From Ptychomitrium polyphyllum (taxonomy: Eukaryota): a stretch of DNA of 64,000 nucleotides. The notes under the pieces were generated by a model. It saw only the letters and a list, made by a program, of their open reading frames with translations, was not told where the DNA came from and searched no databases. The DNA lies in contig OZ316775.1 in NCBI GenBank assembly GCA_973851085.1, forward strand, positions 20,212,001-20,276,000, read 5' to 3'. The translations under genes and the position numbers were made by a program. Shown piece by piece: positions 21,601 through 35,347 of this stretch (the first letter of the stretch is position 1; each line of letters opens with the position of its first letter).

Positions 21601-24600
21601 AAAAAAATAACATAATATTGCCAACAACTATCATAATAATTTTTAGCATTTATATTAGTCATTTTAAAATAAAGAAGTTGGACCTCAAGTTTTTCAATTT
21701 TAAATAGTCATAGTTTATTTATATAATATTCAAATATGATATTATAAAACATGGATTAAAAATCTATCTTGTAAATATAATTCTATACAATATTTGAAAT
21801 TCATTAGCATTAAATAAACTAAGGTTTTTTAATATAATGGCAATGAATATTTTTAGTTCAAAGATAACCTATTCAATATGTTACATGAACAATAACAAGG
21901 ATTGCTTAAAAAACTTTTATATACTATCATAATTTTATTTTTTTAAGTACATTAATTTTATTGAAAACATTTAGAATGCCATCAAAAATTTTAAATGAAG
22001 AAATAAAGCCAAATGAAAATATGATGAAAAGTTGAAACTCCATTTATGATAGTAGATGATTACAAATTGTTGACTTTAGCATGTTTTTTTCATTTACATA
22101 CTAAAATTTTTGCCTGGTTGCAATCAATGATTTATATTTATACATTTAATTTTTATACGGAATTATTTGTATTTGTAGACAATAATATTATAATATAAAC
22201 CAATATGCTATTTAATTCCAAATGTTGAATTTACAAAACTAATCAAACCTTTTATATGAAGCTTTTAGCAAGATTAGAATAACACAAATAAGATTGATAT
22301 TAAATTTTTTATATATTAAATTATTTTTTTAACTTAATCTTTGTTTATAAATTTTTGTTGAAAAAATAATGCAAATGTGCTTTTAATAAGACTTTATTTG
22401 ATTTATATCATGATTTACTCAGTATTTCATAAGTATTGAATGGTGCAACTTCAAATATAGACTTTAATGAATGGTGAAGTTTAAGATTCTTGGTCAAAAT
22501 TATTTTACGTCCAACAAAAGCCAACAGATTAAAATTTTAATTTAATTGAATATAAGGTATTTAATACAAAATTCTTTTTCTAATAATACAAAGATTCATA
22601 ACATTCTTTAACAATTAAAGAAATCTACACATTTCATATTGGTCTTTGAATAACAAGTTACTTTCTTATTTATGCAACTTGCATTTATCTTGGAATTATG
22701 GAAATTCAATAACAATTGATAATAAAGACTTGTTTAATGAATGCATAGAAGCGTGAGTTTAAAGTGATGATTTGAAATATAAACTCCATCAATCCTCAAT
22801 TGAATAAGATTTATCTATGAAATTATACCTTATAAAAAATGACTCTATACTTTTGGAAGGAAGTAGCTAGAAGAATTATTTAAAGAATGTTATTTTTTTA
22901 TTATAAATACACTGCCATATAAACATCATACTGTAGAAGTTTGTGTAGACAATTAGACCTTCTTTCTACATAGATTAATACTAAAGAATTCATCATTATG
23001 TTCATTTTGTTTTTATTTTATATGAAATTTTGTCCAAACTAATCCACCTGAAAAAAGATGGCCCTTTTAAAATCGTGAGTTCTTTAGATGCAAGATTTTT
23101 TCTCAATTTTTGGCTAAAGTAAGGTAGATTAAATGCACCAATATTCTATCTAATTTCTAATTTGAATATCGAATTTTTAATTTTAAAAAAAATTAACTTT
23201 GCAAACTCATTACTTTCTTCCAATTCATTATGTTATTTGAGTGTGTTATTTGCTTTACTTTTATAAGTTTCTCCACAGAGCTGTTACATATTAAATTACT
23301 AATAATAAATCAAAGCATTTGAGTTCTTTTTTTAAGATTTGGTATTAGATGTAGGAAACTCAATGTTCTCAATAAATGATCTTTCAAGTTGGATGACACA
23401 AAGCCTACAAGTCCAATAAGAGCATGCAATTAGATTGTTTAAATACCACGGTTATAATTGCCATTATTGTAAATCACAATAATTTTAAAAGTCTCATATG
23501 AAGTTGAAATTAAAGCAAAATATGAGCCACAATATTTAAGGACTTTCACAGAAATTGTAGTAGTATAAGTATACCATGGCCAACATTAGTATTTAGTATC
23601 AAAACTAATGTAAGTAATAAAATAATAAAACAGTAAGGCAATTTATGAAATGATAAATACTCATTATTATTTGAATGATATATCCGTATAGAGTAATATC
23701 TTTGTAGTATGTTCTCACTCTCAATTGACAGGTATGAGCCGAAATTAGTGTGAGGATTGGTCCATAATCTCACACTGATAATATTTCAGAAATGGCAACA
23801 ATGGTTGGAGCATTGTTGCAGGAGCACTTGGATCATGGCACTGTGAGAAGAAAAGTCATGTTACAAAAGTGGATAAGAGTTGACACTCAACACAGCATCC
23901 GTATCAACACAGATATTATTATAGAACATCATGGGCATATGGTCGTACACAAGGCTGGTAAGTGCCCATGAACATGACCAGCTTTTGGTGGCATTATGTG
24001 CTATTTAAGTGCAACAGATCAGCAGTATGCAAAAGGTACATGATGTCACACGGTTTTGGGTCTAAACCATCCAAGGTCATCAAGTAGGCCTCTGGTTTAA
24101 TGAATACAATGGAGGAATTGGAGGTGTGAGTAGGCAAGTGGAAACCTTGGGAGACTTGTCCTTGGCTGCTTGCATTTGGAAATGAACAAACTAGTTGGCG
24201 AGCACTGTTCCTGAATTTTGTGCTTATTGTTGTTTAATATATTCCATAATTTCCATTGAATAATTAGGAATAAGGATGAGTGGGTCAGGGAAGTGTGATA
24301 TAGGTGGAATAGTATAATCTCATGATCTTTGCACTTAAGGTAAGAAAATTGATAAAATGAATATTGGGTGGTATGAATGTGTGCCAATGTATGCATACTT
24401 CATGGCATGTCATATATGTAATGTTTCGTGTTACCAATGGGGTGTGTGGTGTTTGACTCAAGTAATTGATGAATGTCTGATACTAAGCACCAGAGTTTTG
24501 CTTGATGTTTTCTTGCTGCTCCATGGCATGCATAAATTATTTATTGAATCCAAAACCTCATAGGCTTCTGTGCATTGTCTTGCATCATATGAAACCATAA

Positions 24601-27269
24601 CCTCAAGTATGTATTGTAATCCATGACTGAATGATAATTCCGTATTGTGTACTAAATAGTTAATTTTTTGTGTCTAGTGACACATCAACAAAGACAATTA
24701 AGGATATGACAATTTTTTTAAGTCTTTGGTATTGCTCAACCTAACATCCAGCAACACTCAATAGATTATTAACTCTTGTTTTTAAATAAAATTGTTAAAA
24801 GTATTGTTCCTAATTCTCAATGTAAAAAACCTTCTTTGAATTTCTTATATCTCCAAAGAATTTTCAAAAAAAAAACCTTGAATTTTCAAATGCAAGATTC
24901 TTAAAACCAAATTGTAAAAATGGGTTTTCTTTTTTAAAATTATTACATTTCTTGATTTCATATTTGAATTTTTTGTTGGTTCATGAAGTGGTGATTTTTT
25001 CACCCTCATTGTAAAAATATCAAATTCAATATATAACAATCTATTTGAATCATGCAATAATTTTGTTGTTGAAAAAACTAATTTTTGAAGGATAATACAA
25101 TCATATTATAGCATACTTTAATGAATTAGATTCCAATCCAAATGAATGTATCATAAGTGATATTTGATAATATAATGCTATTTCTTTATCTAAAATCATT
25201 GTTAATTCAAACCATTGGTGCCTTTGGTACCAATGATTATTGGCTAAACAACTAAAAATTATAATATTATATTTGTAAAGTAGCTTGTATATATAATAAT
25301 GATTTTTAGATTTTTGTGCTTTATAGACCTTATAGTTCCAAATTGTTGGTTTGACCATCTGCACTTGTACTTGAATTTTTACTTCTTTTTTTTACTCTTA
25401 TTTATTATTATTTGTTGTTTTTTTAATAAAAAATGTTATTTTTATAACTGTACAAAAATTTGCATTAACTGCCTTCACATCAAAGATGTGATAACGGTCA
25501 TACTTATAAAATTCACACTCACAAAAAAGACATATATTATATTATAAAAGGTTTATAGATGCTTATCTAAGCAAATCATAAAATATTTGTTAATTTATCT
25601 AAATAAAATATCTTTTTTTTATTTTATTACTTTTTAATAAGATCCTATAATTAATTATTTTATCACACTAAATATAGATACCTATTAATTTTTAAAAAAC
25701 ATTTTTTAATTTTAGAAATTACATTACCTTTAGTCATTGTATTAATTATTTTTATTTACGATTGTGAAAGAAAATTAACATTTTGTAAAATTGTTATGTG
25801 ATTGATATGGTTTTTTTTTCAAAAATGTCAAAAATTCTTTATAATAGTAAGTTCTTTGAACTTACAAGAAAATTGTGCTTTCATTTTTTAAATATTTACA
25901 ATTGGTATTTTAATCATATTATAACATGCAATAGCTACTATAAGTGCCAAAGAATATTAATTAAAAAAATGAGAAATAGATAATAAATTAAGGCTAAATC
26001 TGACATAATATATACATATATAAAGTATTGCATGCCGTTTTTTTTATGATTTGGCTTCTCATCAAAGTTGACGTATTATTACTTTTTAACTAGTTTTTGA
26101 TTCTAATGTGCCAAAATGATTGCTTAAATACCAACAAGGTTAGTAGAAAACTTATTGTTTTTAATACAGGATTTCAAATCTTAATTCTATATATATCTAT
26201 AATTTTGAAAAGTCCATATATGGTGTTTTGTTAAAGTTCCTAGAATATTTACTATATTGAAGAAACATATGAAATATTTAATCCTATTTAAATGTACAAA
26301 AATAAAGTTTATAGTGGAAAGTGTACAATATATTAAAAAGACATGAATAGAAAGTTGGTTAAATATTAAGGAAGGAAAAAAAAAAACATTTGGAATGATT
26401 TGAAAAGCTGATTAGAACAATGTTAATTATGTGTTATTTTTTAAAAAATACTTAGAAAAGAAAAATTGAAAAAGAATGAACCATGTGTATATTTCAATTT
26501 TTGGCAATTTCCTCAAATTAAGTCTCTCAAATATTTTGGCACCTAAGGTTACTATAACAAGTTACAAACTTGCTCCGCCACATAGAAGTGGATGATTTCC
26601 ATTCAGAAATGTAGATAGTGCAAAGCATAAAAAGAAATTATTGTTATTCCAAAAATCTTTATATTTCATTATCATTTATAATAAATAATGATCTTCTACT
26701 CCATTTTTATAAGTAATAAAAAATTCATAAATTTTTATGACTTTGGCAATGTAAATCTTGACAATACCTTCATATTTCATCAAAGTATATATATCCCTAT
26801 AATAAGTAAGTTGAAAAAGTTCTAAATAGTGATTCATATTGAAAGCAAATTAATTTTACGCTTAATCCAACATTCCTATTTAGTGTTTTATATTATTTGT
26901 AGTTGTCTCTTGCCCATTTAATAATGGATAGAGTATGTGTGGCCCAATTTTCCACTTTATAATACTTTTGCAAAACTATTTGGTTATAAAATAAGCATGT
27001 TCATGTTGAGCATTCCATGATTTCATTTTCAACTTCATTACTAATACTTCCTTATTTTTTTCCAATCCTATTTTATTGTGGTTATTTAATATATGTTTGG
27101 TCTTTTTATGTCTAATGGATGTTATAAAAAATATGATAATGGAGTTACTTACCTTATTGTAATTGGAGTTGCAAGGAATCAAACTCTAACATCTCCATTC
27201 CGTCTATAACTAGGGAAAGTCATGTCTAAATATAGTGCAATTGTTGGTTTTCATTTTTAAGCTCTAAAT

Positions 27270-27420
27270 TACAACGTGCCATCCATCTAACAATTGTTGG
27301 AACATCACATTATAGTGGTATATTACATCATGAAACAAGCTCTTTTTTATAAGAATTCAAGAATTAAATAGGACATCAACAATATGCACCAATGTGCACA
27401 ACCATGATTGATGTGTCATC
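27270..27420 (-). mobile_element. Possible heavily decayed hAT transposase remnant in the AT-rich block
   Basis: Minus-strand fragments NHGCAHWCIL (like hAT C..H motif) and DVPTIVRW (like hAT RW motif), in different frames. Confidence 0.3.
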
Positions 27421-28899
27421 ACACATTCAATAAGAATCATTGTAATCTATTGCCTTTCAAAATCACAATGAATCCTTTTTAGTATTTTAAAACAATTTTT
27501 ACTTTCACAAAAAACAAACCAAATGAAATGGCTTAATTCAAAACAATTTAGTAGAGGTAAAATAGAAATTTATTTTTGTCAATGCATATGAGACAATGGT
27601 AAAAAATATAACATACATTCACATCCAACCAACAAATAAGTTCATGACTTGACCACCATTTTCTACAAACACAAAAAATATACATTCAGACAAATCAATT
27701 TAACAGCATACTTGTTACTTCGGTTGCTTGTTACTTTGGTTGCTTGTTATTGGCATCAACAAATACTTGTGACCTATAGTGTTTCCTCCCTTACAAGAAG
27801 ATTAGTTCTCTACCGTTGACAAACTGAGGGGCACATTCAACAGGCACTTATTCAGGCAGGTCCCCTTCGGAAACCGGAGTTCTTCTTCAGTGCTGGACAA
27901 ACGCAGATGAGGGCATGAAGCAGGAAAAGCAACTCTTGGCGGTGCTGCGTTCAGGGATGACGGTAGCCAGGGAAGGTTCTAAGTAGTCTCTCGCTCAGAT
28001 GAAGGAAAGAAGGAACGGTGGACAAAGAGTCCTTTTAAGGATGTACAGTGTGGCACATTAGAGTGTTGGTGGGAAGGTGGTTCTAGCAGTGGCCCCCCCT
28101 TTTTCACCTCAGTACGCGGGGACCGGGACTCGTCCTGGATCCTGATTCCTCACCACATTCACTATACAAATAGAGTCATATTTCATCCGACGTGGCTTGA
28201 TCAGCTTCAAGTTTGTCCCGAAGATTGCGAGATGGGATTTTATGCTTCTCCCTTGCACTTTCTAGAATCTTTTACTGGGGTTCTTGAGGGGTACTGTTGA
28301 GAAATTTTCGAAAGGAGATCAGTGAAGCACACATTATTATTGTTGAGGTTGAACTTTGCTTGAAATCAGAAAATACCTACACTTAGCCGTGAAGAGGATG
28401 ATATGACCCTTTTGGATCAACCATTGGAAATGGTAACTATGTGTGTTTGTGAAAGGTATGATGCTTTAAGGTTTCATATGACAGATGTGTTAATTTTTCA
28501 TAGGTTATAAAAATGAATCTAATAAGAATATTTACTTATATCTACTTTTATAAGAATAGTTCCTCCATTTATTAAGTATGTTGTGATGAAGTTCCATATA
28601 CAATAACCAACATTTATTTCTTTAATACAAACAACCACTTTTAGTAATTGATTATTGATATGAGTTGGATTTTTATGTTTTTTTTAGAGGAACTTATTTT
28701 GTCACAATATCTTTTACCTTTCACAAAAGAAGGGAAAAAGGAAAGAGGTGGAAAAATTTGCACAACCTCTTTTGTTGTAATTATTTTATATTGTTTTAGT
28801 AATTGTTGGAGAAGCATTCTAAGTATGTTTTAGCATTCCGAGTTGCAGTTAGAATTCCATTGCATACATATACACATTAAGTGCTTAGGGGTCCTCTTT

Positions 28900-29273
28900 A
28901 TCAAATAGCATATCTTGCCCTCCTAATGTTGTTCTTGGAAATGCCTGACAGTATTGCTTGATATTTATTTTACAAGAGATTTTTGAACGTCCACTGCATG
29001 CAATACTGACCAGACTGAATTTTGGGGTACAATAGAAGAGAGGGTGGCAGTGTCTATGATTGCTTCAATGTGTGATGGGGACAAATTCTTACATGATGTC
29101 CTTGGAAAAGGTCTGACCATGCTCATATCTAACACACACCTGATTTCATTAATTTCTGTCGCTCTTTGTGGTGTACCATGGTGGAGTACCATTCTCAAGT
29201 ACCTTTTTTGCTGTGTTGAGGATCTACTACCCCTATCAGCTGCCTTTGCTCCTCCTAACCTGTACTTCTCCAA
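28900..29273 (-). mobile_element. Possible decayed Copia-type integrase fragment
   Basis: GTPQRATE...VLDM and VWSVLHAV weakly resemble the integrase TPQQNG.AER...LLDM and W..A...A region; stop codons present. Confidence 0.2.
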
Positions 29274-30960
29274 CTAACTCTTTCATTGTTCAAAGTGTGT
29301 ACTCGCAACAAATTAACAACATTTCTATGACTTTTGTGGCCAGACTTTATTATGTTCAAATTCCTACAATAATATGGGCTAGTTTATAGAAATATCTATT
29401 GAGTAGAACTTTCTTTCCTTGTATTTCTAGAGTCTATCCTTCCTATAAATTAAAGCCCTTCATGATCTATGACACATATATTGAAGCATTAAAACATTAA
29501 GGAATTAGGGATCTTTGTACACTTAGAAGAAACAAAGAATTTACTTGAAAGAATTTGGCTAACTTTGAAGAGGTCCAAAAGTGGAAGTTGTATGATTGTA
29601 CTTTAACATTACAAAGATTCCATTAACACTATTGGCTCATCAAAATACACCTTAAACCACAGTTTTACTTTTTCCAAGGCAAAAATGGATTTCAAAATAT
29701 TATTTGCAAAACAATTTTCTTTTGAAAATATCTAATAGATAAATTTAATAGTTACAAAATGTTTTTGGAAAATAAATGAGAATTCAATCAAAATCCCTCC
29801 CAAAAATTTGAAGAATGCAACAAAGTTAAATTTAAATATCATTCAAATATAATATGTGTAATACATATATATGATCTTGATTGTAACCTATGCGTTCACG
29901 TGAAAAAAATGTCCAAGCATTAAAAAAAATTCAGCTCATAATTTTGCAAAATTTCTATATGAAATATGCAAATTTGTAATGTATATTTTGTATATTGTTT
30001 CAATATTTAACACATCATTGTTGCATATTTAATATAACCATTTGTATATAGAACAAGAACATATTTAAAGTGTTGCAAATCCATGCCTTGCCAAATTCTT
30101 AATGAAAAGCTTGGATTGCTAATTATGTCATTTATAGAGTACATAATATGTTAGTACATAACATGACCAAAAATATCATTAATTGTTGTTCTTACAATAT
30201 ATAATTCTTTTGGACAATCTTGATTCAATTTCTCAATACATGTATTTTTAAGTAATATCAACAATTAAATAAAATAATGATAAAATAAAAATAATTTACA
30301 ACAAATATGTATGAAATCTAAAGTAATGTAGAACTCTCAATTGTGTAATCATTTACAACCTAGAAAATATGATTTTATTTTAGATATAAACTAATGTGAA
30401 ATTATTCAATTTGAAAAGATCTACATTTTAAAAAGTTTTTTGATATGATAAAAATTGCTTGTAACAATATAAATACACTATTTAGATTTAAAAGTACTTA
30501 CATCATTTGCAATTTACACATGCACTTATTAAAATACCTTATTATATAGTGTCCATCTTTAAATGGTTATCACATAAATTTTTTGTATAAATGTTATATA
30601 ACTATAAGTGAAATGTTTCTTAGAAGTTTATAGTTTTATTAATGTCAATATTTTAAAGAATTTTACAGCAATTTTTTTTTAAGAACTTTATTTTCATAAA
30701 AGCATATTTTACTTGAAAAATGCATAATTCTTTACTTTCAACTTATAGCCTATAATCATAGACATTGAATGTTGAAAAAGGCACTTTTAATGCATATAAA
30801 TATTTTTAAAACAACGTTTAAATTTTAACTTTTGTACTTTTTTCCACCTTATTACATTAGATGTTTCTTTCCATCTTCCAAATACAAAGTAAAGGCTTTC
30901 TAATGCAACGATTTATATTAATGTTAGCTAATATGGTACACGCAAAATATTTAAACTAAA

Positions 30961-31249
30961 TGTTTGGAATCCATACTTTAATCATTAAATGCTATTGAAT
31001 GTAGCCTGGTTTATTTTCAAAAGAAAAAAATTGATTCCTTTATAAATCTTCATTACAACTTGATATTCATTTGAATGGCTCAAATTTATTTCTTTCAATG
31101 AATTTGAGCCACTCAAATAAGAGCCAAGTGCTATTAGGATATTATTGTAGGACTTATTGTAGGACTTTGGTTACTTTTTCCTCCCTTAAAAGTAAAAATA
31201 AATAAATATTCAATGGCTTATTTAGCGGCTCAAATATGAGCTCCAAACA
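30961..31249. mobile_element. Tourist/PIF-Harbinger-like MITE
   Basis: Imperfect ~45-bp TIRs beginning TGTTTGGA and ending TCCAAACA, internal inverted repeat at 31069-31118, AT-rich and non-coding. Confidence 0.55.
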
Positions 31250-34200
31250 CCACTATTAATTAATTAGAGAGGAGGAAGAGACGGGGGAATAAAACAAGTT
31301 ACTTTCCAAAACTCTAAAACTACTTACAGTAACATAACTTTCCCCTCATACTCAAAAATATTTTAAAAGCCAAACAACCAATATAATTTCATTCCTTCAA
31401 AACATGAATACTTTTAAATCCTAGAACCCAAAAGAACAAAATTGTTTCTTCCTTGTCATACCAACACTTTATTCGTCTTACCCAAAAATCAACTCTCAAA
31501 AATGTATATGAAATCCTATCATTCCCATTTCAAAAACTCTTCTTGTGCGAAAGAGATGCCACGTTGGACTCCATTTCAAATTGGCTGATGCTATTGACGA
31601 CCCAATGAGAACCCTGCGATTGATACCGTAGCAGATCCGATCGCAATCCTGGGCCACCAGAACGGACGTTGCAGGACTTTCATGAAAGAAAATTAAAACC
31701 CGGTTTGTCCCGTCGTCGAGGCTGAAGTCCACAGGGACCAATGATAGCCGCTAGTTCATCAAGTCCATGCTGCACAAAATTCCTCCGTGGCATCATGGCT
31801 TATATGACTAATCAGACAACCACATGACACTGAACAGTGCTGGCTTTTTGTCTGTATGTGCAGTCAGATCAGCTCTTCATTCAGGGAAGAGCACCTGGTC
31901 CTTTCCTAGATTTCTGCCCTCTGCAGGTGCGTTACCTCCAGCCTTGACCACCTTGGCCCCTCCATATTCACTGAACCTGAAGTGTCAAAGCTTTTGCCGT
32001 CGTAACTCCTGCCATACACTGAATTTAATGTCACCAGTAAGTTACGTCGTTGGTCGATCGAGTAAGCTTGTAAAGATGGTGAACGACACGTACATTTATA
32101 TGTATGTACGTATATATATATATATAAAAATGTAAATCTATGTGTTTATAGCATGCTTGGAGCAAGTGCCTTCCATGTATCATTTTGTTATTGCTAAGTA
32201 TTTCCATTTTTGTCTCGTTACAAATTTCTCACATGAATGTAGGACTTAGTTTTGAGAGAGTTCATATATCATATAAAAAAATAATAAATAAGATACATAT
32301 ATGTGATTGTGGAATTTATTAGTTCTTAAAAAAAGTTAAAGAAATTAATTATAGTTTGATTGTGGATTGTTAAATTAGATTGCTTAAAACATATGAAAAC
32401 AATATCACTTACTTTGAAACACAATTTTTATACATTATATTTATATAGAATTTGAATTGTAAAAATGAAGCATTATGAAATTTGAAATATTTTAAAAATT
32501 ATTTTAAAAGTTTGTATGAAATGCTTTAATAAATATGTTTGAATAAAAACATCCTATTTTTTTTGGGTATAGAATGTTATATATTATCAAAAATGTATTA
32601 AGTAAATAAAATCAAAGGTGAAAAAAATTAAGAACACAACAATAGTACTTAAGTTTGCTAGCTTTTAAACAAAAATTGTTGAAAAGAATTTTCCTTTTTA
32701 TAACATTAAACACAGGTGTTAAGTCTCACAATCTTTTACATTAGAATTATTCCACAAAAAACTTTAAAAGTCTTTACCAACCAATCCTTTGATGTTTTGT
32801 GGTATGAAGCTCAGAAGACTCCAAATGTAGCATGTGTCATCTTTGTACAAAAATGCAGTTAATGTTTATTTATTTTTGATCCACATACCTTCTGAAAATA
32901 CATTCAAAGTGTAATTTTATCTCGAGTTTACTTCAATAGTGTTCATGTTGGAGGACTTGTACACAAAATTCCTCAATAGAGGTATCCAACATTGACCTCC
33001 ACATGACCTTCTTCAAGCCTACATCATTTTTCCGATTCCAACTACTCCTACAGCTGATGCGGCGTGCATTGAACAAACCCACACCAAAATTTCTTAGAAA
33101 ATATCTCAAAAATGTTAATTCATGTTTTTACAAAAGTCCAGTTTGCAAACTCACAGGAACCTCGGAAAAACAGAAGTCCACTAGGGGGGACCCAAATAAG
33201 GAAACAAAAATTCTGGGCACAAAGGGCAGTGAAAATCGCATTTGTGACTCAGATGAGCTATGCAGCGTTGACGAAGGAGCCCGGTAATGCAGGCCAAAAA
33301 GGTGCCAAGAGAGAGAAAAGGCTGGGCGAGCTAAACCCGGGTTTGGTAGAAACCGCCTGCAAAGAGGTTTGTCGACAAGCCCAGTACTGCAGGCTCTATG
33401 GCAGGCACCGCCGGGCAGGCCCGGGCAGGCACGGGCAGGTCAGCAAGGGACGAACCGGGGCGGCGCCCCAAAGGATTTGGAGTCCACCGCTTCCTATTTG
33501 GGGCCCATTTCTATTTCCGCGCCCTTTACTCTTCCGTTCCTATATGCCAGTAGCTTCATCGGCCCGTGCGCCCTGAATCGCTATCCAAGGATACTATCCT
33601 ATTGTCCTATGCTTCGATGCACTCCCACGGCACCTTTTTGTAGTCGGATTTTAAAGGAGATCCTCTCCTCTACCAGCACCGACTTGCTCCCGGTATCCCA
33701 TGCCCGCTCTTGGCTGTTGGAGTCGTCGCCCCATTCCCCAGTACTAGATCCTGTCTCCCACGCCCTCGATCTCATTTGGGCCACTGCAACTCTGCAGCAG
33801 TCTGACCTTGCTACTTTGGTGCCCCTAGTGACGTTACTGGTGACTAGTTTATCAACGTGTAGAGAGAGCTCTGTGGTGCGTTATCGAGTTCACATCATTA
33901 CTAGCCGGTGGTTAGCGAGCAGGCGGAGCTTGGTGAACGAAGTCGATCCGTATTTTCTTAGGACAAGGTCTCTTCTTGGTCGATCGGATGCGCAGGGTGG
34001 CTTGAGGTATTGCTCGACTGAATCTAGGCGATCGTCGCTGATTTGCAGAGCCGGGCGGGGGGGTGTTGGGGGTGGAGCGGCGGTGTGAGTTTGATAGTAG
34101 AGGTCGTTTTGAGTGACGAGGGGTGGATAGTAGAGTTTGATAGTAGAGGTGGACTTGGTTGAGGGTTCACGGTGGGAATTTTCATTTTGATTTTGGTTTT

Positions 34201-35347
34201 GTGGAGTTGGTTGTGGAATTCGGTTTGAGGTGTGGGGGAGTGTTGAAGGCGTATGGACTGTAGGTCTGGGTGATCGTTTTGGTTTGGGCACTTGTGAGCA
34301 TGACTTGGCGGCGAGAGATGAATGTGACGGTGGGTGGCACTGTTGTGTTTTGGACTTGAGTGGGTTGGTTAATTCGATGACAGTGCGCTAGTTTGTGTTG
34401 GAAGTTGCTCGGAAGTTTGCTGTTGTTCGCATTCAACTGTTGTCGATTTGTCGATGTTTTGGGGTACCGTGACGAAACAAGGTGGCAAAGCAGGATAGCC
34501 CAAGTTTTCATTTATGTAAACATTTAGTTTAGCGGTGCAGATACTCTGTCTATGTGCGTTTGACTCTAGAGTTGTCGAGGAACTTGGGAGTCGTTTTAGA
34601 AGATCAGAATTGGTCGATGGAGTTATTCTCCTGGTGCTTGGCCAAGCATTCATATGTGCGCAAGAGTATAGACACTGTAGTGCTCATATTTTAAATAAAG
34701 CTAAACGCAACAACTATGGTAAAACTCAAGCAAAGACATTTGTAGCTTTGGAGTGCTTCAGGAAAATCAACAGAATCTGAAGGCAATGACACGTAATGTA
34801 CGGGACGAAGTTTATTTCGCAGGTCAAAGCTTCATGTCACCAGATTAATTAATGGAAGTTTTTTTAAAGGTTGAAGAAGCAATTAGTTTCTTGTGATTCA
34901 AATGTTCCGTTACTGGAGTGACAAAGGTTTGTCGAACTGTTTTGGCTCTCGTAGCATTACTTGATATTCAATAGAGAAGTCTCGGTGTTTAGAGAAGTTT
35001 GTTTTTTGAAGTTCAGTTTGAAGTATTTCTAAGGCTTGGGATGTTGTAGCAATTGTGATGAAAAATGTCACAAGCGTTTGAAATCCAAATGGAGTTAGGC
35101 TGGTGAAGAACGTCGGGCGCCTAGAATGGATTCGCCGAAACGATCCACTGAAGCAGACTATACGTTTAAGTTATTTGTGCATGGGTGAAACGACTCTTAA
35201 TAGATTGGGGAAATGGCATGCAGGAGTATCTATGGCTGAGTCCTAGATGGTGTGGATAGTTGAGAAGTGAGTCGAGGGTCGTCAAGGCGCGGCTGTGCAA
35301 GAATGTGCGCTGAAGGTGTGGCTGTTGTGGATGGAGCTGTGAGCACC

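Noticed and set aside
27965..27976. AGCCAGGGAAG partial complement to miR408
   Set aside because: Matches only the miRNA 3' half; the seed-pairing part is absent.
33369..34088. 239-aa plus-strand ORF and the overlapping minus-strand ORFs
   Set aside because: Non-ATG start, no recognisable domain, and located in the GC-rich promoter/leader of the bHLH gene.
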